In this document: in pieces, positions 17,320 through 26,288 of the stretch
How positions within the stretch are numbered: the stretch's first letter is position 1
Layout of the letters: the number at the start of each line of letters is the position of its first letter
From: an uncultured Opitutales bacterium
GTDB taxonomy: Bacteria > Verrucomicrobiota > Verrucomicrobiia > Opitutales > Intestinicryptomonadaceae
Direction: 5' to 3'
Assembly (NCBI GenBank): GCA_934660865.1
Contig: CAKUIA010000016.1
Location: 1 to 32,000, forward strand
Length of the DNA stretch: 32,000 nt
Made by a program: the position numbers and the translations under genes
The notes under the pieces: model-generated
Database searches by the model: none
What the model saw: only the letters and a program-made list of their open reading frames with translations
Told to the model about the DNA's origin: nothing

Positions 17320-18262
17320 AATTTTCGGTTATAAGGGCAACCGTGTCGCTTTCGGCAACAAAGTCCTGCCCGTTTGCATACGGCAAAAGCACATTGTCGG
17401 AAAGTTCGACTTTGCCTTGGCAGCCGCATTGGCACGCCAAAGAGCCCTTTGTTATGCTTAAAATGCGGGGCTGTTCGTTTGCCGCAAATTTAAGGTGGTC
17501 GCCTTTTTTGAGGTTTACGGTTCTAATCGAAAATTCCTTGCACGAGCACAAAACGGTATCTTTGCCTTTCGACGAAACGGGCTGCGGCTCGAAGTCGTCG
17601 AAATTTATGCTTTCTATAGACTCGTTTATATGCAGCTTGCGGGGTTTGCCGTCTAGGCCGACTCTGCCCCAGTCGTATACCCTGTAGGTGGTGTCGGAAT
17701 TTTGCTGTATTTCCAAAATAATGTTGCCGCCGTCTATTGCGTGCAGCCTGCCGCTTTGCACAAACAAAGAGTCGCCCTCGCTTACGGGGAACCTCCACAA
17801 AAGCTTTTCGGCGGAATTATCCTTTAGCGAATCTATAAATTCCTGCTTGGTAGCTCCCTTTTTAAGACCCGCAATAAGGTGCGAATTTTCCCTGCATTTT
17901 GCAATGTACCAGTTTTCGGTTTTGGGCTCGCCGCCAAGCTTTGGCGCAACCGACATGGGCGGGTGTACTTGCAGGCTAAGCCTTTGCTCGCAGTCCAGCC
18001 ACTTTACCAGTATGGGAAATTTTTTGTTTTTATCCCAATTCGGGCCCATAATGTTTGTGCTGTCGGCCTCTATGGCCTGCCTTATTGTTTTGCCGTCGTA
18101 CTGTCCGCCGCAAATAACCGAGCAGGCCTCGGGCCTGTCGGAAATTTCCCAACTTTCGCCTATAACTTTGCCGGGTTGCGTGTCGCGGTTGAATTCTTTT
18201 TTGAGGTTTGTTCCGCCCCAAACTCTTTCCATATATATGGGTTTAAATTTTATAAATTTCAT
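17312..18262 (-). CDS. manA: Mannose-6-phosphate isomerase, class I (cupin type)
   Basis: PIYMERVWGG, GESWEISD, FPILVKWLDCEQRLSLQVHP, and the second cupin half GDSLFVQSGRLHAI. Confidence 0.75.
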   Translation of the reverse strand: MKFIKFKPIYMERVWGGTNLKKEFNRDTQPGKVIGESWEISDRPEACSVICGGQYDGKTIRQAIEADSTNIMGPNWDKNKKFPILVKWLDCEQRLSLQVHPPMSVAPKLGGEPKTENWYIAKCRENSHLIAGLKKGATKQEFIDSLKDNSAEKLLWRFPVSEGDSLFVQSGRLHAIDGGNIILEIQQNSDTTYRVYDWGRVGLDGKPRKLHINESIESINFDDFEPQPVSSKGKDTVLCSCKEFSIRTVNLKKGDHLKFAANEQPRILSITKGSLACQCGCQGKVELSDNVLLPYANGQDFVAESDTVALITENFA

Positions 18263-18302
18263 ATTAAATTCAGTTTCGTTTAATTGTTAGGTTCGGTCAA
18301 CT

Positions 18303-21300
18303 TTAAAATAGGAACGGGTCGGCGCCCAAAGTTCCCGCAAGAGACTTTAGGTATTGAATGCCCTTCATTCCCTTTAGCCTTGCCTGAACATGCTCCATCT
18401 TTTCGTCCAGCTTCGTGTCGTATTCCGACAATATCGCGTTGTTCTTTGCGTTTTTTAGCGCCTCTATTACGCGTACGCAAAGGTGAATGTCCACCTGCTG
18501 CTTTGCAATAAGGCGCTCGGCGTACCATTCCGAATTTAGTATGTTCGAAGTCTTAAACATATCCCTAATTTCGGGCGATTCCAAAGTTTTGCCCTCGTAG
18601 CTGCCGTCTTTCATTATGTAAAGCAGCGCCTTTATAGGCGGGCAAGCCCCCTCTATCGAGCCGTCGTTAAAGTAGGCTTGGGCGGCTCTTTGGTGCGCCG
18701 AGACCATATTGTCCATACCGTCGGCAAAGATGTCCATATCCTGCAACTCGGGGCGCAGCATATCTTCGGTAAATATGCTTGATGGACTCGAGAATATTCT
18801 GCCGAAAAAGCGCATTACAAAGTCCTGGTTAATTCTCCAGCCCAGGCGCGAAGCCAAAATCTTTTTGCCCTTATATTCAAAATCCTTGCAGCGCTCCAAC
18901 AGTTTGTTTTCTATCAAAAAGTTTACGTTGCGCTCTTTCGACGACATTTTGCACCAAAGCTCGGGTATAAGCAGGCTTATGTCGTGGTTGATTTTGTATT
19001 TGGGGCCGAGGTATCCCGTGCTGCTAAGCCAGCCGTCCAGCTTGGTTAGCGCAAAAGAAACAAGGGCTGCATTTAAATCGCTTATCGGGCACAATGCGTT
19101 GAAGGGAAGCTTTGTCATGGCTCCCTCCAGGCCCGCCCCCGTTGTAGAGGGCGACTTGCCCGTCATCGACGCGATGTATTCCATAAACAGTTCGGGCAGC
19201 TCCAAATAGTGCAGTGGCCCGTGCAAAGCCAAAGGCCTAATGCCCTCGCTTGCGGGGTTGTTGCGCCTGCCCGAAATAACCGCGTTTACCGGCATTGGCA
19301 CCGACTTGTTAAGCGGAATGTGCCTGTGCAAACGCGCGCCCATTTCGCCGATATAGTATTTGCGCGGGTTTGTTATTTCGTCGGTATTTTGCAGGTAGCG
19401 CACATTCGCGCTGGGAGTGCCGTTTACAAGCCTCGGGTTTGCAGAAGAAACCACATATTCGGGCTTGTCTTCGCTAAGGAAGGCCTCCAAGTTTTCCTTC
19501 ATAGGCGGTGTGTAGGTGCAAAAACGCAGAACGTCGTCGGCCTGGGTTTGTATGTCGGCGCGCGTCAAAGGCTCGTAGTTCGAAAAGAACGAGCCTTTTT
19601 GCGACATATCCGATTCGGCCTTTTTGTCGTAGCCCCTAATTACGGCATCGTCGGGGCGCTGGAAGAACCTGTGCTCGCAGTTTTCCACAAATTTTACCGA
19701 TTTCGGCTCGTCTTTAAATTCCTTCGAAAGGCTGTCTAGCTGGGCCGTGCTTACAACGGTAGATGCTGTAATGTCGTCTTCTACCTGAAGCTTTACCGAG
19801 GGCGCATAGTCTTTTCTTAGGCTGAATGTGCGCCACGAGCCGTCGGCTGTAAAGCCCACGCGCATGTACGAAGTTAGCACGGTGGAATTTTTGTATTTTA
19901 AAATGTTGCCGTCTTTGCCGTTTATGCGGTCTACGCTAAATTTGCTTTGCCAGTCGCCGTTCCAGTCCAGCCTGTAGTGCCTTTTTACCGTCAATGCAAA
20001 CTCCCTTATATAGAATGGAATGTTGCGCACCCATTCGTTGTATTCGTCGGTGTAGTCGTCCGACTCCGACAAAAGCTTTACAACGCTGCCCATTGTGCGG
20101 CGCTCGTCCAAAAACTTGCGGCTTTGCTCGTGCTTGTTTTGTGTGTCGTCCTTAAAGCGGCTGCCGTAGTCTTTGTTTATTATTTCCTCTACGCGCTTAA
20201 TGTCGTTCTTAAAATCGGCTACAATGGCCGGCCCGTGTATTATCGCGTCGGAAATGTTTTTTGAAATTTCGCTTTTGCCGCCGCCCGAAACCGTTGCGGG
20301 TTTGTGGCAAAGCACGCCTTTTTCCACCGTGCCTACAAGCCTCCAGCGGCGGCTTTCGTGCGGGCGCTGCATTTCTATCTTGTAGCCCGCGGGCGAAATG
20401 TAGGTTATATTCGGCGCCAGCTTAAGCGATTTTGTCTGCCCGTCTTTTTGCCAGGTTGCAGTTTGCGTTCTTAACGAAAAGTAGCAGTCTGAGTCTATGT
20501 AGATTATGTTGGGGTATTTTTTGTCTATCGCGTAGCCGTCGGGGTGTACCTCTATTGAATCGCCCAAAAGCTTTACGGTGTCGGCAAAGGTAAACTTCAG
20601 GTTTTCGGCGTAGCTGCGAAGGTAAAAATCGTCGCCTAAGTCGCGGCTCGAAAACGCTATTGTGCCGCCGCTGTGCTCCTCTTCGGCCTGTCCGAAAAGG
20701 TTTGCCGAATAGCTTATAAAGGTTTTTACCTCTTTTTTCGAGTAGCCGAAATAGTTGTCGGCAATAAGTGTAACAATAACGCCGTTTTCGTCGCGGGCGG
20801 TAGCCTTAAAAGCCTTGCCTGAATTGTAAAGCTCGTCGTCTTTTTCGTAGCACATTCCGTCGCGCTTTTGCCTTTCGGTGGCCTTGCTTATGTGCGGCAG
20901 GCCCAACTGTTTTTTTGTGAATTTTGTAAGGTGGGGCGCCAAAATTATGCAGCCCGTATGGCCGGTCCAGCCGTTTTCGTCGAGGGCGGCGTCGTTCTTT
21001 ACAAGGTAGGGGTTGCCGTAGTTGCCGAAAATGCTTTCCACAAAGTCGAGGTTGCACACCATCGCCCCCGGGGCAAAAAATCTGATTTCCATTGATTTTG
21101 CGGGCGAAACGTCGGGCACTTCGGGGCAGACGGTAGGCCTTAGCAAAAGCGAAGCCCACATTTTGGCCTTATTTTGCTGGGTGGAAGTAAACGGAAATTC
21201 CAGCAGGTTTTCGGGCGGGTTTAGCGCCGCTTTTAACAGGTTTTTAAATACGGCTTTCGGCAATGCCTTCTTGTCGTCGGGAATGGGCAGGCCGCCTTCC

Positions 21301-21779
21301 GCTATATGGAAAATGCCCTTTGTTGTGCGCTTGTCGTTTTTGGGGTTGTGCAAAATGCCCTGCCGCACCCTATACGAGCTTACATAGTCGTTGTGGTATT
21401 CGTCTTTGTCGGGCGGCATCGACAATATTCTGGCCACTCCGGGCCTTTCCATAATAAAGCTTTTTTGCGGAATTGTGGGGCAGTCTTCCCCCTTGTCGAG
21501 AACGTCGGATAAATAGCCCTTTAGAAATTTTACAATGCGCTGGTCTACGGGGCACATTTCGGTAATCGCGTGGCTTGCAATTTCCTGAAAGTTTTTAAGC
21601 AAAGGTTTGGCCAAATTTACAACGGGGTAGTCTTCCTCTTTGCCGAACACGGGCAACCCCGCCGCAAAGAGTCTCATGTTGACGTATTCGAAAAAGGCCT
21701 TGTCCTTTTCGGGATTCCTTCCCAACTCGAGGTTTAGAATTCGATTATAGTCTTTCATAATTGTATTCTCCGAGCCCAT
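18303..21779 (-). CDS. Large (1158 aa) cytoplasmic protein; candidate PPi-dependent phosphoenolpyruvate carboxykinase-like enzyme
   Basis: No signal peptide, TM segments or internal repeats. IADNYFGYSKKEVKT resembles the PEPCK-specific GYGGNxLLGKK motif, and TVSGGGKSE resembles the PEPCK kinase-1a P-loop. The size matches the ~130-kDa PPi-type PEPCK class. I could not run an alignment. Confidence 0.4.
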   Translation of the reverse strand: MGSENTIMKDYNRILNLELGRNPEKDKAFFEYVNMRLFAAGLPVFGKEEDYPVVNLAKPLLKNFQEIASHAITEMCPVDQRIVKFLKGYLSDVLDKGEDCPTIPQKSFIMERPGVARILSMPPDKDEYHNDYVSSYRVRQGILHNPKNDKRTTKGIFHIAEGGLPIPDDKKALPKAVFKNLLKAALNPPENLLEFPFTSTQQNKAKMWASLLLRPTVCPEVPDVSPAKSMEIRFFAPGAMVCNLDFVESIFGNYGNPYLVKNDAALDENGWTGHTGCIILAPHLTKFTKKQLGLPHISKATERQKRDGMCYEKDDELYNSGKAFKATARDENGVIVTLIADNYFGYSKKEVKTFISYSANLFGQAEEEHSGGTIAFSSRDLGDDFYLRSYAENLKFTFADTVKLLGDSIEVHPDGYAIDKKYPNIIYIDSDCYFSLRTQTATWQKDGQTKSLKLAPNITYISPAGYKIEMQRPHESRRWRLVGTVEKGVLCHKPATVSGGGKSEISKNISDAIIHGPAIVADFKNDIKRVEEIINKDYGSRFKDDTQNKHEQSRKFLDERRTMGSVVKLLSESDDYTDEYNEWVRNIPFYIREFALTVKRHYRLDWNGDWQSKFSVDRINGKDGNILKYKNSTVLTSYMRVGFTADGSWRTFSLRKDYAPSVKLQVEDDITASTVVSTAQLDSLSKEFKDEPKSVKFVENCEHRFFQRPDDAVIRGYDKKAESDMSQKGSFFSNYEPLTRADIQTQADDVLRFCTYTPPMKENLEAFLSEDKPEYVVSSANPRLVNGTPSANVRYLQNTDEITNPRKYYIGEMGARLHRHIPLNKSVPMPVNAVISGRRNNPASEGIRPLALHGPLHYLELPELFMEYIASMTGKSPSTTGAGLEGAMTKLPFNALCPISDLNAALVSFALTKLDGWLSSTGYLGPKYKINHDISLLIPELWCKMSSKERNVNFLIENKLLERCKDFEYKGKKILASRLGWRINQDFVMRFFGRIFSSPSSIFTEDMLRPELQDMDIFADGMDNMVSAHQRAAQAYFNDGSIEGACPPIKALLYIMKDGSYEGKTLESPEIRDMFKTSNILNSEWYAERLIAKQQVDIHLCVRVIEALKNAKNNAILSEYDTKLDEKMEHVQARLKGMKGIQYLKSLAGTLGADPFLF

Positions 21780-21819
21780 AATTAAAGCTACAATTTGTCG
21801 AAAAAAGCAAACAAAAACC

Positions 21820-21848
21820 TTGAGCTTTTTTACTTGTTTTCGTATTAT
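21820..21848 (+). promoter_or_regulatory. Candidate sigma70-like promoter for the FAD-oxidoreductase gene
   Basis: TTGAGC (21820-21825), exactly 17-nt spacer, TATTAT (21843-21848). This suggests the true start codon may be one of the ATGs at 21875-21884 rather than 21866. Confidence 0.4.
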
Positions 21849-21865
21849 GCAAACTTTCTACAAAT

Positions 21866-23605
21866 TTGTATGCTATGATGAAAATGAAACATATCAAAAA
21901 CATGTTAATTGGTTTATCGGCCTTTTTTACTGCGTTTGCCGCCAATGCCGCGCAAAAAAACGCCGATATTGTCGTTTACGGAGGAACTTCGGCGGGCGTT
22001 GTAAGCGCAGTTGCCGCCGCCAACGAGGGCAAAAGCGTTGTGATTGTATGCCCCGACAGGCATTTGGGGGCAATGTCCAGCTCGGGGTTGGGCTTTACCG
22101 ATTCGGGCAAGACCTATACAATAGGCGGGCTAAGCAAGGAGTTTTACCGCAGAATATGGAGGGAATACCAAAAGCCCGAAAGCTGGAAATTCGGGTTTTC
22201 AAAAGATACCTACAAGGCAAAGGGGCAGGGCACCGTTGCGATAGACGACAAGTCGCGCTGCATGTGGGTGTTTGAACCGAGCGTTGCCGAGAAAGTGTAT
22301 AACGACTGGCTTGCCGAAAAAAACATACCCGTATTTAAGGGCGAATATCTCGACAGAAAAAGCGGCGTTGTAAAAAAAGACGGCAAAATTGTGGAGATAA
22401 AAACGCTAAGCGGCAATACGTATTCGGGCAAAGTTTTTATAGACGCAACTTTTGAGGGCGATTTAATGGCCGCCGCGGGCTGCGAATACAGGGTTGGCAG
22501 GGAGGCAAACGCCGAATACGGCGAAAAGCACAACGGCGTGCAAGTTGGCGTGCTTCACCACGACCACTATTTTGCCGCCAAAGTAGATCCCTATAAGGAG
22601 AAGGGAAATCCAAAAAGCGGGCTGTTAAAACATATCAGCGCCGAACCCGTAGGCGAATACGGGCAAGCCGACAAAAAAATTCAGGCATATTGCTATAGAA
22701 TGTGCACTACAAACGTGCCCGAAAACCGCGTTCCGTGGCCCAAGCCCGACAATTATAACGCCGACGACTATCTTTTGTGGCTTAGAAATTTCGAGGCCGA
22801 CCCGCGCATAGACGTATACAAGCCCGACCCAATACCCAACGGCAAGACCGACACAAACAACCAGTCGGCCTTTAGCACCGACTTTGTAGGCGGCAACTAC
22901 GACTACCCCGAAGCCTCGTACGAAGAAAGGGAAAAGATAATAAAAGCCCATACCGACTACCAGCTTGGATTGATGTATTTTTTGGCGAACGACCCGCGCG
23001 TTCCCGAAGTTGTCCGCAAAAAAACCTCCGAATACGGTTTGGCAAAAGACGAGTTTGCCGACACAAACCATTGGCCGTTTAACGTGTATGTACGCGAGGC
23101 CCGCCGCCTTGTTGGCGAATATGTAATGACCGAGCACGACTGCCGCGACTGCCGCGACACCCCCAAGTCGATAGGCATGGGCTCGTATACGGTAGACTCG
23201 CACAACGTGCAGCGCTATATAACAAAGTCGGGCTACGTTCAAAACGAAGGCGATATTGGCGTGGGGGCAAGCCCCTACAAAATTTCGTACGGGGCTATAA
23301 CTCCCAAAAAGAGCCAGTGCAAAAACCTGCTTGTTCCCGTGGCGTGTTCCGCAACACACATAGCCTACGGCTCTATAAGAATGGAGCCCGTGTTTATGAT
23401 TTTGGGGCACTCGGCGGCGGTTGCGGCCTGCATGGCCATCGACGAAAACGGCACCGTGCAGGACGTAGACTACGCAAAGCTTTCGGCAAAGCTTTTAAAG
23501 CAGGGGCAGATTTTGGAATACAAAAAGCCGCAACCCAAACAAAGGGGCGTTAGACTTCCGCAAAAAGAGGCCAAGGCTTGGCGCGAAAAGTTTGCCGAAA
23601 AATAG
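21866..23605 (+). CDS. Secreted FAD-dependent oxidoreductase (FAD_oxidored/PF12831-like)
   Basis: Signal peptide ...MKHIKNMLIGLSAFFTAFAANA, then the dinucleotide-binding motif DIVVYGGTSAGVVSAVAAANEGKSVVIV. The later GSIRMEPVFMILGHSAAVAA is typical of this family's C-terminal FAD contact. The start codon is ambiguous among ATGs at 21866-21884. Confidence 0.65.
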   Translation: MYAMMKMKHIKNMLIGLSAFFTAFAANAAQKNADIVVYGGTSAGVVSAVAAANEGKSVVIVCPDRHLGAMSSSGLGFTDSGKTYTIGGLSKEFYRRIWREYQKPESWKFGFSKDTYKAKGQGTVAIDDKSRCMWVFEPSVAEKVYNDWLAEKNIPVFKGEYLDRKSGVVKKDGKIVEIKTLSGNTYSGKVFIDATFEGDLMAAAGCEYRVGREANAEYGEKHNGVQVGVLHHDHYFAAKVDPYKEKGNPKSGLLKHISAEPVGEYGQADKKIQAYCYRMCTTNVPENRVPWPKPDNYNADDYLLWLRNFEADPRIDVYKPDPIPNGKTDTNNQSAFSTDFVGGNYDYPEASYEEREKIIKAHTDYQLGLMYFLANDPRVPEVVRKKTSEYGLAKDEFADTNHWPFNVYVREARRLVGEYVMTEHDCRDCRDTPKSIGMGSYTVDSHNVQRYITKSGYVQNEGDIGVGASPYKISYGAITPKKSQCKNLLVPVACSATHIAYGSIRMEPVFMILGHSAAVAACMAIDENGTVQDVDYAKLSAKLLKQGQILEYKKPQPKQRGVRLPQKEAKAWREKFAEK

Positions 23606-23625
23606 ACTTTTACAAAAAAACAAAA

Positions 23626-23658
23626 AGCCGAAGTTAACCGAAAACTCCGGCTTTTTTT
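23626..23658. terminator. Bidirectional intrinsic terminator between convergent genes
   Basis: 10-bp stem agccgaagtt/aactccggct (one mismatch) with an A run upstream and a T run downstream. Confidence 0.65.
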
Positions 23659-23673
23659 GTGCTTGGGCGCAGC

Positions 23674-24624
23674 CTACCTTAGCCACGAAAGCCAGAGCTT
23701 TTTCAGCTCGTTTAGGCTGTCTTTTGTGTAGAGGGTAGGGGGCAATTCAACAAAGTCCCTTTCGGGGTCTAGATTTGCGCAGAGTTTTTCCAGCAAAACT
23801 TTTGCCGACAAAAAGCCGTAGCCGTAGTAGTCGTCTACAATGCAGGCGCTTAGCACGCCGCGCTCCATAAGGGCGGTAGACATCGGGCTTATCGAGATTG
23901 AAACTGCAAATTTTCTGTCGCCGTCGCTCGCAACCTTTGAGGTGTCGTCGAGCAATTCGGGAGAGTATAAAACGAACCCGTGGTTGTCCATTCTGGCAAT
24001 CTGCTCCGAGAAATTTTCGTATAGCTGCGAAAAGTATTTGGCGGCGAAAAACCGTGAATGTTCGCTTGTATCGCAAATTTTGCCGAATTGTCGGCCGTCA
24101 AAATAGGGTTTTGCATATTCTTCGGCCGCGGCTTTGTCTATGCTCTTGGCTTCGGGCAAATCGGCCCTAAAGAGGTGCACTAGCAGGAAATTGCGCATAT
24201 TTGTGCGCCTTTTTAGGAAGTCTATTAAAAGATTGTCCCTTATTTGCGCGTTGCAGGCAACCGTAAAGAGCGCGTTTTTCGGGTTGTTTTTTGCGTTTAT
24301 AAACGCGGTGCAAAAGCCGTCTATTTGCGGAATGGCTGCCATATTTGCGGGGGTTGCTCCGAGCGAGACAAAAGCCCCCGAAAAGCCGCGGCTTTTCAGG
24401 CTTTTAAGCTGTTCTGGCAGATTTTCCGAAATCGGGAAAATTTCGGCCGAAAAATCTTTGCCGAAGCGCACTTTCGCCTTTTGCATATAGTCGTTTGCGC
24501 CCATTAGTATTCCGTTTTCGGTGCAGTTTAGGGTGTCGTGCGACAAAAACGCCAATTTTACCTTTTCCGAGCAAAGGCAAAATACGGGCAAAATCAAAAA
24601 AACAATGAAGGCGGGCAATTTCAT
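23674..24624 (-). CDS. Secreted hypothetical protein, possibly a type-1 periplasmic-binding-protein fold
   Basis: Signal peptide MKLPAFIVFLILPVFCLCS. It shows an alternating beta-alpha pattern (VKLAFLSHDT.., GFSGAFVSLG, NFLLVHLF) reminiscent of LivK/LacI-type binding domains. The family assignment is weak. Confidence 0.3.
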   Translation of the reverse strand: MKLPAFIVFLILPVFCLCSEKVKLAFLSHDTLNCTENGILMGANDYMQKAKVRFGKDFSAEIFPISENLPEQLKSLKSRGFSGAFVSLGATPANMAAIPQIDGFCTAFINAKNNPKNALFTVACNAQIRDNLLIDFLKRRTNMRNFLLVHLFRADLPEAKSIDKAAAEEYAKPYFDGRQFGKICDTSEHSRFFAAKYFSQLYENFSEQIARMDNHGFVLYSPELLDDTSKVASDGDRKFAVSISISPMSTALMERGVLSACIVDDYYGYGFLSAKVLLEKLCANLDPERDFVELPPTLYTKDSLNELKKLWLSWLR

Positions 24625-24750
24625 AACCCTTTATGCTGAATAATGTAAAAATTTTTACAATTCAAAATTGCACAAAGGACAAATTAAAGTGTTGACAAAG
24701 CCGTTCTATAACGCTTTCTTCATAACTTTTAAAAATTTAAGGAAATAGAA

Positions 24751-25005
24751 ATGGCTCTAAAAATCAGATTACAAAGACACGGTTCGGTTCACGCCCCCAA
24801 GTACAGAATAGTTGTAGCGGAAAGCTCCGCACGCAACAGCGGCAGGTTTGTAGAAAACTTGGGCTCTTACAACCCCAGCCCCTCGGGTAAAGACATTGCC
24901 CTTACATTGAACGTAGAACGCGCAAAATACTGGCAGAGCGTTGGCGCAAAGCCCAGCGACACAGTTAGGTCTTTAATTAAAAAGGCTTCGGCCGAAAACA
25001 AATAG
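24751..25005 (+). CDS. rpsP: 30S ribosomal protein S16
   Basis: MALKIRLQRHGSVHAPKYRIVVAESSARNSGRFVENLGSYNP is the canonical S16 N-terminus. An AAGGA sequence precedes the ATG. Confidence 0.95.
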   Translation: MALKIRLQRHGSVHAPKYRIVVAESSARNSGRFVENLGSYNPSPSGKDIALTLNVERAKYWQSVGAKPSDTVRSLIKKASAENK

Positions 25006-25029
25006 TTTTGGCTTAAACAAAATTTACAG

Positions 25030-25055
25030 CCCGTTGTAAGCAACGGGTTTTTTTT
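25030..25055 (+). terminator. Strong intrinsic terminator/attenuator between rpsP and trmD
   Basis: 7-bp stem cccgttg/caacggg with a taag loop, followed by eight T residues. Confidence 0.7.
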
Positions 25056-25084
25056 GGATTGCAAATTCAACCTATCTTTTAGCG

Positions 25085-25765
25085 GTGCGCATAGACGTAT
25101 TGACATTGTTCCCGAAAATGCTCGAGTCGTATTTCGGCGAAAGCATGCTGGGCAGAGCCGAAAAAAACGGCCTGCTGGATATTAGGGTGCACAATATAAG
25201 GGACTGGGCTTTTTCGAAAAACAAAACCACCGACGACCGTCCTTTTGGAGGGGGCGCCGGTATGGTTATGAAGCCCGAGCCCGTTTTTGCCGCCATAGAA
25301 GAGCTGCAAACCGAGGGCTGCACGCGCATTTATATGTGCCCCGACGGCGAAAAGCTAACCCCCGCTTTGGCGAAGGAGCTTTCCGCAAAAGAGCACATAA
25401 TAATACTAAGCGGCCACTACGAGGGCATAGACGAGCGCATACGCGAAAAGCTTATCGACAGGGAAATTTCGATAGGCGACTATGTGCTTACAAACGGCAC
25501 TTTGCCCGCCGCGGTTTTGGTTGACGCAACCGCAAGATACATAAAAGGAGTGCTTGGCGAAGAAAAATCCTTGACGAGCGACTCTTTTAACGACAATCTT
25601 TTATCTTTTCCACAATACACCAGACCGTTCGAATTTAGGGGAATGAAAGTTCCCGACGTTCTGATGTCGGGAGATCACGCTAAAATAGCCGAATGGAGGC
25701 GCAATCGCCAGCTGGAAAAAACACAACAGAGACGACCGGATATTTTAAAAAAGGAAACGAAATGA
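25085..25765 (+). CDS. trmD: tRNA (guanine37-N1)-methyltransferase
   Basis: GTG start giving [12 protein letters not shown]. Also [36 protein letters not shown] and [10 protein letters not shown]. Confidence 0.93.
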   Translation: MRIDVLTLFPKMLESYFGESMLGRAEKNGLLDIRVHNIRDWAFSKNKTTDDRPFGGGAGMVMKPEPVFAAIEELQTEGCTRIYMCPDGEKLTPALAKELSAKEHIIILSGHYEGIDERIREKLIDREISIGDYVLTNGTLPAAVLVDATARYIKGVLGEEKSLTSDSFNDNLLSFPQYTRPFEFRGMKVPDVLMSGDHAKIAEWRRNRQLEKTQQRRPDILKKETK

Positions 25766-26121
25766 ATCAGGATACACTCAAGGAAATAACGAAAGACCAA
25801 ATCAAGTCGAACCTTACCTCGTTTAAGGTGGGCGACGGTGTTCGCGTACACGCCAAGGTTAAAGAAGGCGACAAGGAACGTATACAGGTGTTTTCGGGCA
25901 TAGTAATAGCGCGCAAAGGCAGCGGCATACACGAAACCTTTACGGTTCGTCGTATATCCTACGGCGAAGGCGTAGAACGCGTGTTCCCCGTAAACTCTCC
26001 GAACATCGAAAAGATTGAAGTCGACCGCGAATCCGTAGTTATGCCCTCGAGGCTTTACTACCTGCGCGACAGGGTTGGCAAGGAAGCCAACAAGGTTCAG
26101 GAAAAACGCTTGGCGTTCTAA
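25762..26121 (+). CDS. rplS: 50S ribosomal protein L19
   Basis: [56 protein letters not shown]. The ATG at 25762 overlaps the trmD stop (ATGA). The track's upstream extension to 25693 lies inside trmD and is rejected. Confidence 0.93.
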   Translation: MNQDTLKEITKDQIKSNLTSFKVGDGVRVHAKVKEGDKERIQVFSGIVIARKGSGIHETFTVRRISYGEGVERVFPVNSPNIEKIEVDRESVVMPSRLYYLRDRVGKEANKVQEKRLAF

Positions 26122-26147
26122 TTTTGCGCAACATTTTTCTTTGTTAA

Positions 26148-26179
26148 AGCCCGCCTATATCGATAGTCGGGCTTTTTTT
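26148..26179 (+). terminator. Intrinsic terminator after rplS
   Basis: 11-bp stem agcccgcctat/atagtcgggct (one mismatch), 4-nt loop, seven T residues. Confidence 0.75.
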
Positions 26180-26288
26180 GCGTCTAAAAAAGGCGTTCCT
26201 GGCAAAATTTATGCGCGCACGGCTTTTTTTGTAAAATCTTGTTGCATAGCGCGCGTTTTATTTGAGAATATAAAGGCTTTATCGGACA

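Noticed and set aside
24692-24726. TTGACA box upstream of rpsP as a promoter
   Set aside because: A perfect -35 hexamer is present at 24692-24697, but no acceptable -10 sits at 16-19 nt. TATAAC is only 9 nt away and CATAAC is 23 nt away, so I could not define a promoter confidently.
26200-26214. Sigma-54-like element TGGCA-N7-TGC (GG-N10-GC spacing) 75 nt upstream of lepA
   Set aside because: It matches only the core bases. No enhancer-binding protein or rpoN is in the window, a housekeeping lepA-lepB operon is an unlikely target, and a chance match of this quality somewhere in ~2 kb of intergenic DNA is plausible.
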